Assembly: GCA_038087875.1 (NCBI GenBank)
Contig: CM076002.1
Span: 434,001 to 498,000, forward strand
From: Malacoraja senta
Taxonomy: Eukaryota
Direction of reading: 5' to 3'
Length of the DNA: 64,000 bases
Shown here: positions 22,861-35,916 of the stretch, one piece after another
How positions within the stretch are numbered: the first letter of the stretch is position 1
Layout: the number at the start of each line of letters is the position of its first letter
Notes under the pieces: model-generated
Database searches by the model: none
Told to the model about the DNA's origin: nothing
Seen by the model: only the letters and a program-made list of their open reading frames with translations
Translations under genes and position numbers: made by a program

Positions 22861-24940
22861 AAATGGTTATAAACTAAACCTTAGTATGAGTGAGCTTTTT
22901 CCATTAAATAATCTTGTTTCGAATTAAGGACAGTTTCTATTCAGATTGACTACCGAAAGTTTTACTTATTTAGGTATTAAGATCACGAAGAAACACAAGG
23001 ATTTATTTAAAGCTAATTTTATGCCTTTAATTGACCATATTAAACATCAGTTTACTAAATGGTCACCAATGTCCTTATCCTTAATTGGCCAAATCAATGC
23101 TATTAAAATGTTCATTTTACCTAAATTTCTGTATTTATTTCAGACGATACCAATTTTTATTGCCAAATCTTTTTTTGATATTATAGATTCCAAAATTTCT
23201 TCATACATATGGCAGAATAAAAATACATACAGAAATCAAAAAAAGATGGTGGTTTGGCATTGCCGAACCTTAGATTCTACTATTGGGCAGTCAATGTTCG
23301 TTATCTAACATTTTGGACAAAAGATTTAGAAGATACCCAATGCCCAGGATGGATAAACCTTGAACGTGTTTCCTCACAAGGGCTATCATTGGCTTCTATT
23401 CTAGGGGCCTCGTTACCTTTTACAATTACGAGATTGAATAAATATACGACTAACCCAATAATAAGACATACGTTCCGAATATGGTTTCAATTTCGTAAGT
23501 TTTTTGGACTAAATTATTTTATCTCATTGAGTCCTATCTTATCCAATTTTCTCTTCCAACCTTCTAGTACTGATCGTCTTTTTGTTATGGAAGAGGAAGG
23601 GATCAGTAGCTTTTCGTGATTTGTTTTTGGAGGGTTGTTTTATCTCTTTCGAACAACTCTCCAATAAATATAATTTACCTAATTCACACTTTTTTAGATA
23701 TTTACAAATTAGACATTTTTGAAGGCTACTCTACCCCTTTTTCTCCAACCACATCAAACTGAAATTTTGGAAAAAAACCCTTACATTTGAACCCTTATCA
23801 GAAAGGATTAATAACGACTATTTATGAGTTGATTTTGAAATTACAAATAGATATATTTGACAAAATTAAGAATGACTGGGAAAGAGAACTCCAAATTTCT
23901 CTATCTATAGAGAAATGGGAGAGGATTCTTCAATTAGTCGATACCTCTTCAATGTGTACAAGACACGCTCTGATACAATTCAAGGTGGTTCACAGAGCTC
24001 ATATGTCAAAAGATAAATTGGCTCATTTTTATGGTCATATAAATCCTACATGTGACAGATGTAACTCTGAAGTGGCCTCACTGACCCATATGTTTTGGTC
24101 CTGCCCACTTTTGGAAAAATATTGGAAATAAATTGTTGATACTATTTCTGTAGTCTTAGGTATTGATTTACAACCTCACCCTATTACTGCAATTTTTGGG
24201 CTACCAATGTTAGATTTTATTCATTTGTCCCACTCCGCCCATCGGTTGATTGCTTTTACCACATTAATCGCCAGAAGATCTATTTTATTTAAATGGAAAG
24301 ACTCCAACCCTCCGACCACACTCCAGTGGTACTCTGAAACGATATCATGTTTAAATTTAGAAAAAATCAGGAGTGACATTGTTGAACCCTTGGTTAATTT
24401 GAGAAGATTTGGGGAAAATGTATTCAACACTTTCATACAACATAAATTGCTCCCTCTCTAAACGTTGTAAAAAACTATTTTACCTCTATATGGTGGAACG
24501 GACTTGACGACAAACAGACTTAAATTGTTGAAATTCTCAGTTCAGATTCTGGTTTGCTTTGCTTTGTTTTTTATTTATTTTATTTTATTTTATTTTTTAT
24601 TTGTTCCTTTCTTTTTTTGTTTAGTTTAGGGGGGTTTTGTTTTTTCCTTTTTTCCTTTGCTTTTTGTATTTTTATTTTTGTGTTTTTTTTACTACATTTA
24701 TAAGTTTTCTTTTAAAGATTTAACTATATTTACATAGAGGTCTATATTCAATGTGTATTTTGACACTGGTCTCATATTAGGTTATACCTGTTATTAATGT
24801 AATTCTGATCCCTATGTATCAATATCATTGTTATGTTTATCATTATTCTTTTTGCTCTGTTTTTTACGTTTTGTTTTTGTTTTTTGGAAAAATAACAATA
24901 AAAAGATTTTAAAAGAAAAAGAAAAAGAAAAAAAAAAAAA
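22861..24940 (+). mobile_element. 5'-truncated L1-clade LINE (RT end, C-terminal Cys/His domain, 3' UTR, poly-A)
   Basis: GYKLNL, TYLGIKI, LPKFLYLFQ, LALPNL..YYWA, CDRC..THMFWSC; T-rich UTR; A tail at 24890-24940. Confidence 0.9.
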
Positions 24941-25778
24941 AGATAGGCGATTCTGTGGACGCAGTCAGGAAACCCGGATGGTAGTTTGCCTCCCTGGTGC
25001 CAGGGTCTGGGATGTGTCTGAACATGTCCAAGATATCCTGAAATGGGAGGGAGAGGAGCCTGAGGTTGTGGTACATATAGGTACCAATGACATAGGTAGA
25101 AAAAGAGAAGAGGTCCTGAAAGGAGAATTTAGGGAGTTAGGACGAGAGTTAAGGAGAAGGACCACAAAAGTAACAATCTCAGGATTACTGCCTGTGCCAC
25201 GCGACAGTGAGAATAGGAATGGAGGTGGAGGATAAATGCATGGCTGAGGGACTGGTGCAGAGGGCAGGGATTCAAATTTCTGGATCATTGGGACCTCTTT
25301 TGGGGAAGGTGTCATCTGTACAAAAAGAACGGGTTGCACTTGAACCCAAGGGGAACCAATATCCTTCATGGAGATTTGCAAAGGCTATTGGGGAGACTTT
25401 AAACTAGAACGGTTGGGGGGAGGGACTCAAATAGAGAAAGCTAGTAGACAGTGTGTGAGGCAGGAGGCAGAGAAGGGAAGCACTCAGACCCAACATGTAG
25501 GGGAGAAAGAAGAAAAAGATAATAAACAGAGAATAAGAGGTGGTGGGTTTCTTAAATGTGTATATTTTAATGCTAGGAGCATTGTAAGAAAGGTAGATGA
25601 GCTTAGAGCCTGGATTGACACCTGGAAGTATGATGTTGTGGCGATTAGTGAAACATGTTTGCAGGATGGCTGTGATTGGAAACTAAATATTCCAGGATTT
25701 CGTTGCTTCAGGTGTGCTAGAATTGGAGGGGCAAGAGGTGGAGGTGTTGCATTACTTAATCAATTTAGTAGTTTTTCT
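24941..25778 (+). repeat. Approximately 840-bp direct repeat, copy 2
   Basis: Colinear with 18742-19579; begins immediately after the L1 poly-A. Confidence 0.92.
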
Positions 25779-28650
25779 AAAGCGAGAATTGGAAGAGCAA
25801 ATATGTAAGGAGATAGCAGATATTAGCAGTAAGCACAAGGTAGTGAATGTGGGAGATTTCAATTTTCCACACATAGACTGGGAAACACATTCTGTAAAAG
25901 GGCTGGATGGTTTGGAGTTTGTAAAATGTGTGCAGGATAGTTTTTTGCAGCAATAGATAGAGGTACCTACTAGAGAAGGGGCAGTGCTGGACCTCCTGTT
26001 AGGAAATGAGACAGGTCAGGTGGCAGAGGTATGTGTTAGGAAGCACTTCGGGTCCAGTGATCACAATACCATTAGTTTCAATATAATTATGGAGAAGGTC
26101 AGAACTGGACCAAGGGTTGATATTTTTGATTGGAGAAAGGCTTCCTTTGAGGAGATGCGAAAGGATTTCAAAGGAGTGAATTGGGACATTTTGTTTTATG
26201 GGAAGGATGTAGAAGAGAAATGGAGGACATTTAAAGGTGAAATTTTAAAAGGACAGAATCTTTATGTCCCTGTTCAGTTGAAAGGAAATAGTAATAATTG
26301 GAAAGAGCCATGGTTTTCAAGGGAAATTGGACACTTGGTTCGGAAAAAGAGAATCTACAATAATTATAGACAGCATGGAGTAAATGAGGTGCTTGAGGAG
26401 TATAAAGAATGTAAAAAGAATCTTAAGAAAGAAATTAGAAAAGCTAAAAGAATATATGAGGTTGCTTTGGCAAGTAAGGTGAAAGTAAATCCAAAGGGTT
26501 TCTACAGCTACATTAATAGCAAAAGCATAATGAGGGATAAAATTGGTCCATTAGAGAGTCAGAGTGGACAGCTATCTGCAGAGCCAAAAGAGATGGGGGA
26601 GATATTGAACAATTTATTTTCTTCGGTATTCACCAAGGAGAAGGATATTGAATTATGTGAGGTAAGGGAAACAAGTAGAGTAGCTATGGAAACTATGAGA
26701 TTCAAAGAAGAGGAAGTACTGACACTTTTGAAAAATATACAAGTGGATAAGTCTCCAGGTCCTGACAGGATATTCCCTCGGACATTGAGGGAAGTTAGTG
26801 CCGAAATAGCAGGGGCTATGACTGAAATATTTCAAATGTCATTAGAAACGGGAATGGTGCCGGAGGATTGGCGTACTGCGCATGTTGTTCCATTGTTTCA
26901 AAAGTGTTCTAAGAGTAAACCTAGCAATTATAGACCTGTTAGTTTGACGTCAATGGTGGGCAAATTAATGGAAAGGATACTTGGAGATAATATATATAAG
27001 CATCTGGATAAACAGGGTCTGATTAGGAACAGTCAATATGGATTTGTGCCTGGAAGGTCATGTTTGACTAATCTTCTTGAATTTTTTGAAGAGGTTACTA
27101 GGGAAATTGATGAGGGTAAAGCAGTGGATGTTGTCTATATGGACTTCAGTAAGGCCTTTGACAAGGTTCCACATGGAAGGTTGGTTAAGAAGGTTCAATT
27201 GTTGGGTATTAATGGTGGAGTAGCAAGATGGATTCAACAGTGGCTGAATGGGAGATGCCAGAGAGTAATGGTGGATGGCTGTTTGTCAGGTTGGAGGCCG
27301 GTGACTAGTGGGGTGCCTCAGGGATCTGTGTTGGGTCCACTGTTGTTTGTCATATACATCAATGATCTGGATGATGGTGTGGTAAATTGGATTAGTAAGC
27401 ATGCAGATGATACTAAGATAGGTGGTGTTGTGGATAATGAAGTAGATTTTCAGTCTACAGAGAGATTTAGGCCATTTGGAAGAGTGGGCTGAAAGATGGC
27501 AGGTGGAGTTTAATGCTGATAAATGTGAGGTGCTACATCTTGGCAGGACAAATCAAAATAGGAAGTAAATGGTAAATAGTAGTGAATTGAGGAATGCAGT
27601 TGAACAGAGGGATCTAGGAATAACTGTGCATAGTTCTCTGAAGGTGGAATCTCATGTAGATAGGGTGGTAAAGAAAGCTTTTGGTGTGCTGGCCTTTATA
27701 AATCAGAGCATTGAGTATAGAAGTTGGGATGTAATGTTAAAATTGTACAAGGCATTGGTGAGGCCAATTCTGGAGTATGGTGTACAAATTCTGGAGTATG
27801 GTTGCCAAATTATAGGAAAGATGTCTACAAAATAGAGAGAGTACAGACGAGATTTACTAGAATGTTGCCTGGGTTTCAGCAACTAAGTTACAGAGAAAGG
27901 TTGAACAAGTTAGGTCTTTATTCTTTGGAGCGCAGAAGGTTCAGGAGGGACTTGATAGAGGTCTTTAAAATGATGAGAGGGATAGACAGAGTTGATGTGG
28001 ATAAGCTTTTTCCATAGAGAGTAGGGAAGATTCAAACAAGAGGACATGATTTGAGAATTAAGGGACAGAAGTTTAGGGGTAACATGAGGGGGAACTTCTT
28101 TACTCAGAGAGTAGTAGCTGTGTGGAATGAGCTTCCAGTGGAAGTGGTGGAGGCAGGTTCGATTTTATCATTTAAAAATAAATTGGATAGGTATATGGAC
28201 GGGAAAGGAATAGAGGGTTATGGTCTGAGTGCACGTAGATGGGACTTGGGGAGAATAAGTGTTCGGCATGGACTAGAAGGGCCGAGATGGCCTGTTTCCG
28301 TGCTGTAATTGTTATATGGTTATATGGTAATAAAGATGAGTGGGAAGCAAGAGGATTGGGTAATGTTTGAAGAGCAACAGAAGATAACTAAAAATTCACT
28401 ATGGGGAGAAAAGATGAGGTACGAAGGTAAGCTAGCCAAGAATATAGGAGGATAATAAAAGCGTCTTTAGGTATATGAAGAGGAAAAAATTAGTTAAGAC
28501 CAAATTTGGACCCTTGAAGACCGAAAAAGGTGAATTTATTATGGGGAACAAGGAAATGGCAGATGAGTTGAACAGGTACTTTGGATCTGTCTTCACCAAG
28601 GAGGATACAAACAATCTTCCTGATACAGTAGTGGCCAGAGGATCTGGGGT

Positions 28651-28721
28651 AATAGACAATTGACAATAGACAATAGGTGCAGGAGTAGGCCATTCGGCCC
28701 TTCGAGCCAGCACCGCCATTC
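28651..28721 (-). mobile_element. CR1 tail-only insertion
   Basis: (ACAATAG)n followed by gtgcaggagtaggccattcggcccttcgagcc. Confidence 0.85.
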
Positions 28722-30536
28722 AAGGGACTCAAATAGAGAAAGCTAGTAGACAGTGTGTGAGGCAGGAGGCAGAGAAGGGAAGCACTCAGACCCAACATGT
28801 TGGGGGGAAAGTAGAAAAAGATAATAAACAGAGAATAAGAGGTGGTGGGTTTCTTAAATGTGTGAGCAGAGAGACAGAGGGGTGTAAAATGAGGGTGGAA
28901 GCAAAGGTGAAAAGTAAAAGTGGTAGGCAGACATGGTTATATGGTAATAAAGATGAGTGGGAAGCAAGAGGACTGGGTTTGATTTTTGCCAGGGCAAAAA
29001 TCAAAAAGGGCCATTTTTCAACATAATTGTATAAGAGTGTTGTAAAAACAAGCCTGAAGGCTTTGTGTCTCAATGCAAGGAGCATTCGTAATAAGGTGGA
29101 TGAGTTGAATGTGCAGATAGCTATTAATGACTATGATATAGTTGGGATCACGGAGACATGACTCCAGGGTGACCAAGGCTGGGAGCTGAACATCCAGGGA
29201 TATTCAATATTCAGGAGGGATAGACAGAAAGGAAAAGGAGGTAGGGTAGCGTTGCTGGTTAGAGAGGAGATTAACGCAATAGAAAGGAAGGACATTAGCT
29301 TGGAGGATGTGGAATCGATATGGGTAGAGCTGCGAAACACTAAGGGGCAGAAAACGCTAGTGGGAGTTGTGTACAGGCAACCTAACAGTAGTAGTGGAGT
29401 TGGGGATGGCATCAAACAGGAAATTAGAAATGCGTGCAACAAAGGTAAAACAGTTATAATGGGTGACTTCAATCTACATATAGATTGGGTGAATCAAATT
29501 GGCAGGGGTGCTGAGGAAGAGGATTTCTTGGAATGTATGCGGGATAGTTTTCTAAATCAACATGTAGAGGAACCAACGAGAGAGCAGGCTATTCTAGACT
29601 TGGTATTGAGTAATGAGGAAGGGTTAGTTAGCAGTCTTATTGTGCGTGACCCCTTGGGCAAGAGTGACCATAATATGGTTGAGTTCTTCATTAGGATGGA
29701 GAGTGACATAATTAATTCAGAAACAAGGGTTCTGAACATAAAGAAAGGTAACTTTGAGGGTATGAGACGTGAATTGGCCAAGATAGACTGGCAATTGGTT
29801 CTTAAAGGGTTGACGGTGGATATGCAATGGAAGGCATTTAAAGGCTGCATGGATGAACTACAACAATTGTTCATCCCAGTTTGGCAAAAGAATAAATCAG
29901 GGAAGGTAGTGCATCCGTGGATAACAAGGGAAATCAGGGATAGTATCAAAACAAAAGATGAAGAATACAAATTAGCCAGAAAAAGCAGCCTACCAGAGGA
30001 CTGGGAGAAATTCAGAGTCCAGCAGAGGACAAAGGGTTTAATTAGGAAAGGGAAAATAGATTATGAAAGAAAACTGTCAGGGAACATAAAACTAACTGCA
30101 AAAGATTTTATAGATATGTGAAGAGAAAAAGATTAGTTAAAACAAATGTAGGTCCCTTGCAGTCAGAAACAGGTGAATTGATCATGGGGAACAAGGACAT
30201 GGCAGACCAATTGAATAACTACTTTGGTTCTGTCTTCACTAAGGAAGACTTAATTAATCTGCTGGAAATAGCAGGGGACCGGGGGTCAAATGAGATGGAG
30301 GAACTGAGTGAAATCCAGGTTAGCCGGGAAGTGGTGTTAGGTTAATTGAATGGATTAAAGGCCGATAAATCCCCAGGACCAGATAGGCTGCATCCCAGAA
30401 ATAGTGGATGCATTAGTGATAATTTTTCAAAACTCTTTAGATTCTGGTGTAGTTCCTGAGGATTGGAGGGTAGCTAATGTAACCCCACTTTTTAGAAAGG
30501 GAGGGAGAGAGAAAACGGGGAATTACAGACCAGTTA

Positions 30537-31055
30537 AAGGCCTGTCTCACGAGTCTGCGGTCATTGGCGGCGAAACAGGAAGAATCTACCGCTCTTGGAC
30601 CACCAGAGACCGCGGACTCGGTCAAACGCACAATTCCGGGGCCGTGCGGCGTTGTACCCAACACCGCACGGTGCTAAAAAAAAACCAACGCTGTCCAAAA
30701 ATATGTTCTTACCGCACAGCCGCTGCCAGTGAGGCACGAATGCGGCACGGTCACCGCCACAGCCGCCGCCAGTGCGGCACGAGCGCCGTGAGTCGAACCT
30801 GCGCCGCCACAGCCTCAGCCAGTGAGGCACCTGTGCGGCACGGCCGCCGTCACAGCCCGCGATCCGAAAGACGTCATCGCGTAGCGCGTCGCGTTGCGCG
30901 ATGATGTCATCACCCGACGCCGCAAGCTCGTTGAACCGGCCGTACTCCGATCCCGCACAGCATCCGTGCGACGCTCTCGTGGTTGCTGTGCGGTCCCCTC
31001 TTCCGGCGACGCCGCGCTTCACCGCCAATGCCCGCAAACCCGTGGGACAGAGCCA
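30537..31055. mobile_element. Non-autonomous PIF/Harbinger MITE
   Basis: TTA TSD (30534-36 and 31056-58) in host ccagTTAgtc; imperfect TIRs of about 35 bp, AAGGCCTGTCTCACGAGTCTGCGGTCATTGGCGG and CCGCCAATGCCCGCAAACCCGTGGGACAGAGCCA; CpG-rich. Confidence 0.85.
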
Positions 31056-32442
31056 TTAGTCTAACATCGGTAGTGGGGAAACTGCTAGAGTCAGTTATTA
31101 AAGATGCGATAGCAGCACATTTGGAAAATGGTGAAATCATTGGACAAAGTCAGCATGGATATATGAAAGGTAAATCATGTCTGACGAATCTTATAGAATT
31201 TTTCGAGGATGTAACTAGTAGAGTGGATAAGGGAGATCCAGTGGATGTGTTATATCTGGACTTTCAGAAGGCTTTCGACAAGGTCCCACATAAGAGATTA
31301 ATATACAAACTTAAAGCACATGGTATTGGGGGTTCAATATTGATGTGGATAGAGAACTGGCTGGCACACAGGAAGCAAAGAATAGGAGTAAACGGGTCCT
31401 TTTCAGAATGGCAGGCAGTGACTAGTGGGGTACCGCAAGGTTCCGTGCTGGGACCCCAGATATTTACAATATATATTAATGATTTGGACGAGGGAATTGA
31501 ATGCAACATCTCCAAGTTTGCGGATGACACGAAGCAGGGGGGCAGTGTTAGCTGTGAGGAATGTGCTAGGAGGCTGCAAGGTGACTTGGATAGGCTGGGT
31601 GAGTGGGCAAATGCATGGCAGATGCAGTATAATGTGGATAAATGTGAGGTTATCCACTTTGGTGGCAAAAACTGGAAAGTAGACCATTACCTGAATGGTG
31701 GCCGATTAGGAAAAGGGGAGATGCAACGAGACCTGGGTGTCATGGTACACCAGTCATTGAAAGTAGACATGCAGGTGCAGCAGGCAGTGAAGGAAGCGAA
31801 TGGTATGTTAGCATTCATAGCAAAAGGATTTGAGTATAGGAGCAGGGAGGATCTACTGCAGTTGTACAGCATCTTGGTGAGACTATACCTGGAGTATTGC
31901 ATACAGTTTTGGTTTCCTAATCAGAGGAAGGACATTCTTGCCATAGAGGGAGTACAGAGAAGGTTCACCAGACTGATTCCTGGGATGTCAGGACTTTCAT
32001 ATGAAGAAAGACTGGATAGACTTGGCTTGTACTCACTAGAATTTAGAAGATTGAGTGGGGATCTTATAGAAAACTTACAAAATTCTTAAGGGGTTGGACA
32101 GGCTAGATGCAGGAAGATTGTTCCCGATGTTGGGGAAGTCCAGAACAAGGGGTCACAGTTTAAGGATAAAGGGGAAATCTTTTAGGACTGAGATGAGAAA
32201 AACATTTTTTACACAGAGAGTGGTGAATCTCTGGAATTTTACTTCGGAGTCACGTGAGTGACTACGTGAAGAAGCCCCGTCCAGCCGCACACGCGTCCTT
32301 ATCGATCAGATCGCATAGCGTTCATGACCGTGTGTGGAGGAGCAGGAGCTCCTCCAGCGGTGAGTAAAGCAAATTTAAAGTAAAAATCGGACAAGGTAAG
32401 TGGTTTCGTTTTTACTTACAGGGCGCTTTTCTTCCCGCTCAG

Positions 32443-33743
32443 ATGTGTTGGCAGAGGTCCACACAAACTCAGAATGGAGTAGAGCGTAGGGGAAGGAGAG
32501 CCCAGGGACGCACCGCAGGTAAAACCCCCGATGCTAAAGGTAGCGGGCGTCAGGAAGAGGAGGCAGTGGCATCGAAGCCATCAACTCCCGTTACGGTCGA
32601 ATGTGCCGTTAAACCGCCGGCGGCGGGGCGCAAGGCTGGACAAAAGTCGGCCCGACCTGTAGACTCGGAAGAGTCAGACCCGGAGGTATACCCTCCTGCA
32701 TCAGAAAATGTTATGGCTGCAAGGGTCGCCAGTTTAGAGCTCCTGATGGGGATTTACAAAGAACCCCCACAGGAGGAATCAGGTCGGTGTTGGCCAATGG
32801 AGGATACAGCACAGGGTGTGCCTTGGTTGGGACAGGCACAAGGGTGGCCTACAGGAGAGCCATCAGAAATGACTGTGCAAAGGTATTACAGTGGTTGGCC
32901 TACAGGAGAGTCAGTGCCAGAAATGCCTGAAAAAAGGCAGTATATGTGCTGGCCTACTGAAGAGCCAGTACCAGAAATGTCTCAAAAAAGACAGTACAAA
33001 CGTACTTATGTACCAGCACCGAAAGTTCCTAAAGGGAAAATTATGAAGCGTTGGCCTAGAGTTGAGCCAGCGCCAGCAGCACCTGAAACAGGGCTGCCTA
33101 TCCGTGGGCCTATAAGAGAGCCCGCGCAGGGGGAATCTGGCATAGACTTACCTGAAACAGGGGAGCCAGAATTTACCAAACCTGAATAGGAACATCTACA
33201 TTCAGAAGATGAATTCTATGAGGATGAGAGCCCATTATCAGAGCTGAAAGTTCCTGGACTAGCACAAAAGTTTGCTGTTCCTAGAATAAAGGGGGAACCT
33301 TTGAGGGAGGAAATAGCAATGACTATAAACTGTCTACTCTCCCATCAGCTCCAGGAAGTAACTATGGATGAGACTATGAAACAGTACGAGGCCCCAGCAA
33401 ATTGTGAATTGCTGACAGTTCCAGCAGTAAATAACTTGATTTGGGGTTATTTGCGCATTGGTTACGCTCACAAGAATTGAAATTGCAACGTGTATTGAAA
33501 TTGCTGGGGTCAGGCATCACGGCATTTGCCAAAGGTTTGGATGATGATTATGTATCAGATTCACAACAAGATGCTCTAGCACTGATGTGTGGTGCACATT
33601 TTGAAATAAATTATATTCATAAAAATGCAATAAAACCAAATATTCATCCTAAGTATGCAGGGCTCTGCAAACCAACCAACATACAAATGCCTAAGCTGCT
33701 GTTTGGAGAAAATCTAGCAAAGAAGCTAAAAGGACTTGAATGA
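32443..33743 (+). pseudogene. DIRS ORF1 (Gag-like), interrupted
   Basis: Position upstream of RT; ORF 32443-33189, read-through ..APANCELLTVPAVN.. and ORF 33441-33743 (LRSQELKLQRV..LLFGENL). Confidence 0.7.
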
Positions 33744-33999
33744 AGAGTCAAGAACCTTGAGTGGCATGATGATGAAACCACCGATGATGAGCAGAGCGGT
33801 GCGAAGGCAGTATCCCTACAGGTGGAATACTGGTGCTGGAGAAGGAACAAGCCGATCATTCTCGTATACATGTTGGCGTGCTGCACCGGGGATACGTGGA
33901 GGTTACAATGTGCCTACCAGAAGCGGACAATTGCCGGTGGCAAACCCCGAGGTAGGGGGTCCTGGTCTGGTAAGGAATACAATAAATGTTTCACATTCA

Positions 34000-35910
34000 C
34001 AAGTAGGGGGAAGGTTACGATTCTTCCTAAAAGAAATGATTCATTTATTCTAAATAGCATTGTAGGATTCAAAATTGAGTTTCTATCCACATTTGGATCC
34101 TCCAAGGCAAGGAAATTCAAACTGGTCACGAATTTTCTCAAAAGAAGAGAATAAGTTGATCAAAGGAGAATTAGAAACTTTAACCAAAAAGGGGGTAATA
34201 GAGAAGTCAGTAGAACAACACCATCAGTTTGTATCAAATATTTTTCCAAGAACAAAAAAGGATGGTGGATGTAGAATCATATTGGATCTGACAAATCTTA
34301 ACCTTTATGTACAATACAAACATTTCAAAATGGAAACATTTACTAATGCAATTCAGCTGATCACAGAAAATTGCTACATGGCAAGCATAGATCTGCAAGA
34401 TGCATATTATTCCATGGCAATGCATGGTAATGATCAAAGATATTTGAAATTTAGATGGATGTCAGTTATGGCAATTTAAAGCATTGCCCAATGGTCTGAT
34501 TTCAGCACCAAGATTATTCACTAAAATTGCTCAAACCAATTTTAGTTCTGTTAAGAGCTGAGGGCCATGTATTAATGGCTTATTTAGAGGATATCCTCAT
34601 TGTAGGGGACACTTTGGCTGCTGCAAAATTGTCAGTATCCAGAGTCAAATACATTTTTGAGAAATTAGGTTTCATTATTCATCTACAAAAATCTAAATTG
34701 TTACCAAGCAAAAAGATTGATTACCTAGGGTTCACAATTAACTCCGAACACATGGTAATCACTTTGCCAAAAGATAAAAGCTGCAGTTAATTGAAGGTTG
34801 CATAAAACTCATTAACGAGGACACACCTTCAATTAGAGAAGTGGCAAGCTTGCTAGGCAAATTAATTGCAGGGTTTCCAGCGGTCACGTTGGGACCATTG
34901 CATTATCAATGTTTACAGAGAGCTAAGGTACAAGCGTTAAAAATGAATAGAGGGCATTTTGACAGGCCCATGGAATTAACAATTTAATCCATTACAGAAA
35001 TAGAATGGTGGATTAACAATGTTTCTAATGCTTCCAGAAAAGTTCTGGTAGAAACACCTTCCGTCACTCTACAGACTGATGTAAGTGTGCTGAGTTGGGC
35101 GCTACTAACATGATTTCCAGCTGTGGAGGTAGGTGGAATGTGAATGAAGTACCTTTGCTGGAAAATCTGGGAATCAATTACCTAGAGCTATTGGGCGCAT
35201 TTTACAGCCTTAGAGCTTATTGCACTGATATGGGAAATGTGCATGTTCAGGTACAGGTTGACAATACTACAGCTGTAGCATACATAAATCACATGGGTGG
35301 TATAAAATCAGAATCATGTGATAAATTGGCAAATGAAATTTGGACCTGGGGTATTGCCAGAAAAATTTGGCTGTCAGCAATATATTTACCAGGTAAAAAT
35401 TAATACAATTACAGACAAAAGATCACGTAAATTTAATGATAATACAGAATGGATGTTAAATCGGAAAATATTCACACAAATTATCACACAATTTGTAATG
35501 CCAGAAATTGATCTGTTTGCATCAAGATTGAACCACCAGTTTGCCTAAGTATGTGTCATGGGAACCTGATCCTGGAGCAGTAGCGGTGGATGCTTTCTCG
35601 CTACATTGGGGTGGTATGTTTCTGTATGCGTTTCTGCCATTTTGTTTAATCCACAGATGCATACAGAAAATTAAACAAGATTCAGCCTCAGGGATTTTGG
35701 TAGTACCAGATTGGCCTAAACAGCTATGGTACCCACTGGTGTTAAAAATATATATATATAATAAAATAAAAAAATAAATAATAAAAAAAAATAATAAAAA
35801 AAAATAAAAATAATAATAATAAAAAAACTTATGGTTATTCCAAAGCAGATTAAACTGCTTGTACACCCTGTGACCGATGAACCACATCCTTTACATGATC
35901 ATATTGGTTT
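34000..35910 (+). pseudogene. DIRS ORF2: RT, RNase H and methyltransferase-like domain (frameshifted)
   Basis: VGGRL, KKDGGCRIILDL, HFKMET, IDLQDAYY, AYLEDILI (YLDD variant), LQTDVS, INYLELLG, DNTTAVAYIN, IDLFAS, YAFLPF, VVPDWP..WY. Confidence 0.9.
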
Positions 35911-35916
35911 GTTGAT

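Larger units (their letters stand above)
18207..28331 (+). mobile_element. Near-full-length CR1 (TTATATGG subfamily) with an internal duplication and a 5.4-kb insert
   Basis: ORF1 N-terminal CxxC..CxxC (CSGC..CARC), coiled coil and SGNH esterase (IGDS, VHIGTND, DGLHLN); ORF2 25984-27492 and downstream; tail at 28309-28328. Confidence 0.92.
16769..28650 (+). mobile_element. CR1 host (same sub-lineage as 4155-9287) in pieces 16769-17199, 17623-18206 and 28330-28650
   Basis: Endonuclease motifs in ORFs 16827-17222 and 17631-17939; resumes after an approximately 10-kb insert, with AAAGATG duplicated at about 18200 and about 28332. Confidence 0.88.

Noticed and set aside
27766..27802. Short tandem duplication in CR1 (similar case at about 41974-42006)
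   Set aside because: Ordinary post-insertion slippage
30404..31140. Arg/Ala-rich ORFs fused to the CR1 RT
   Set aside because: Read-through into a GC-rich non-coding MITE bounded by a TTA TSD
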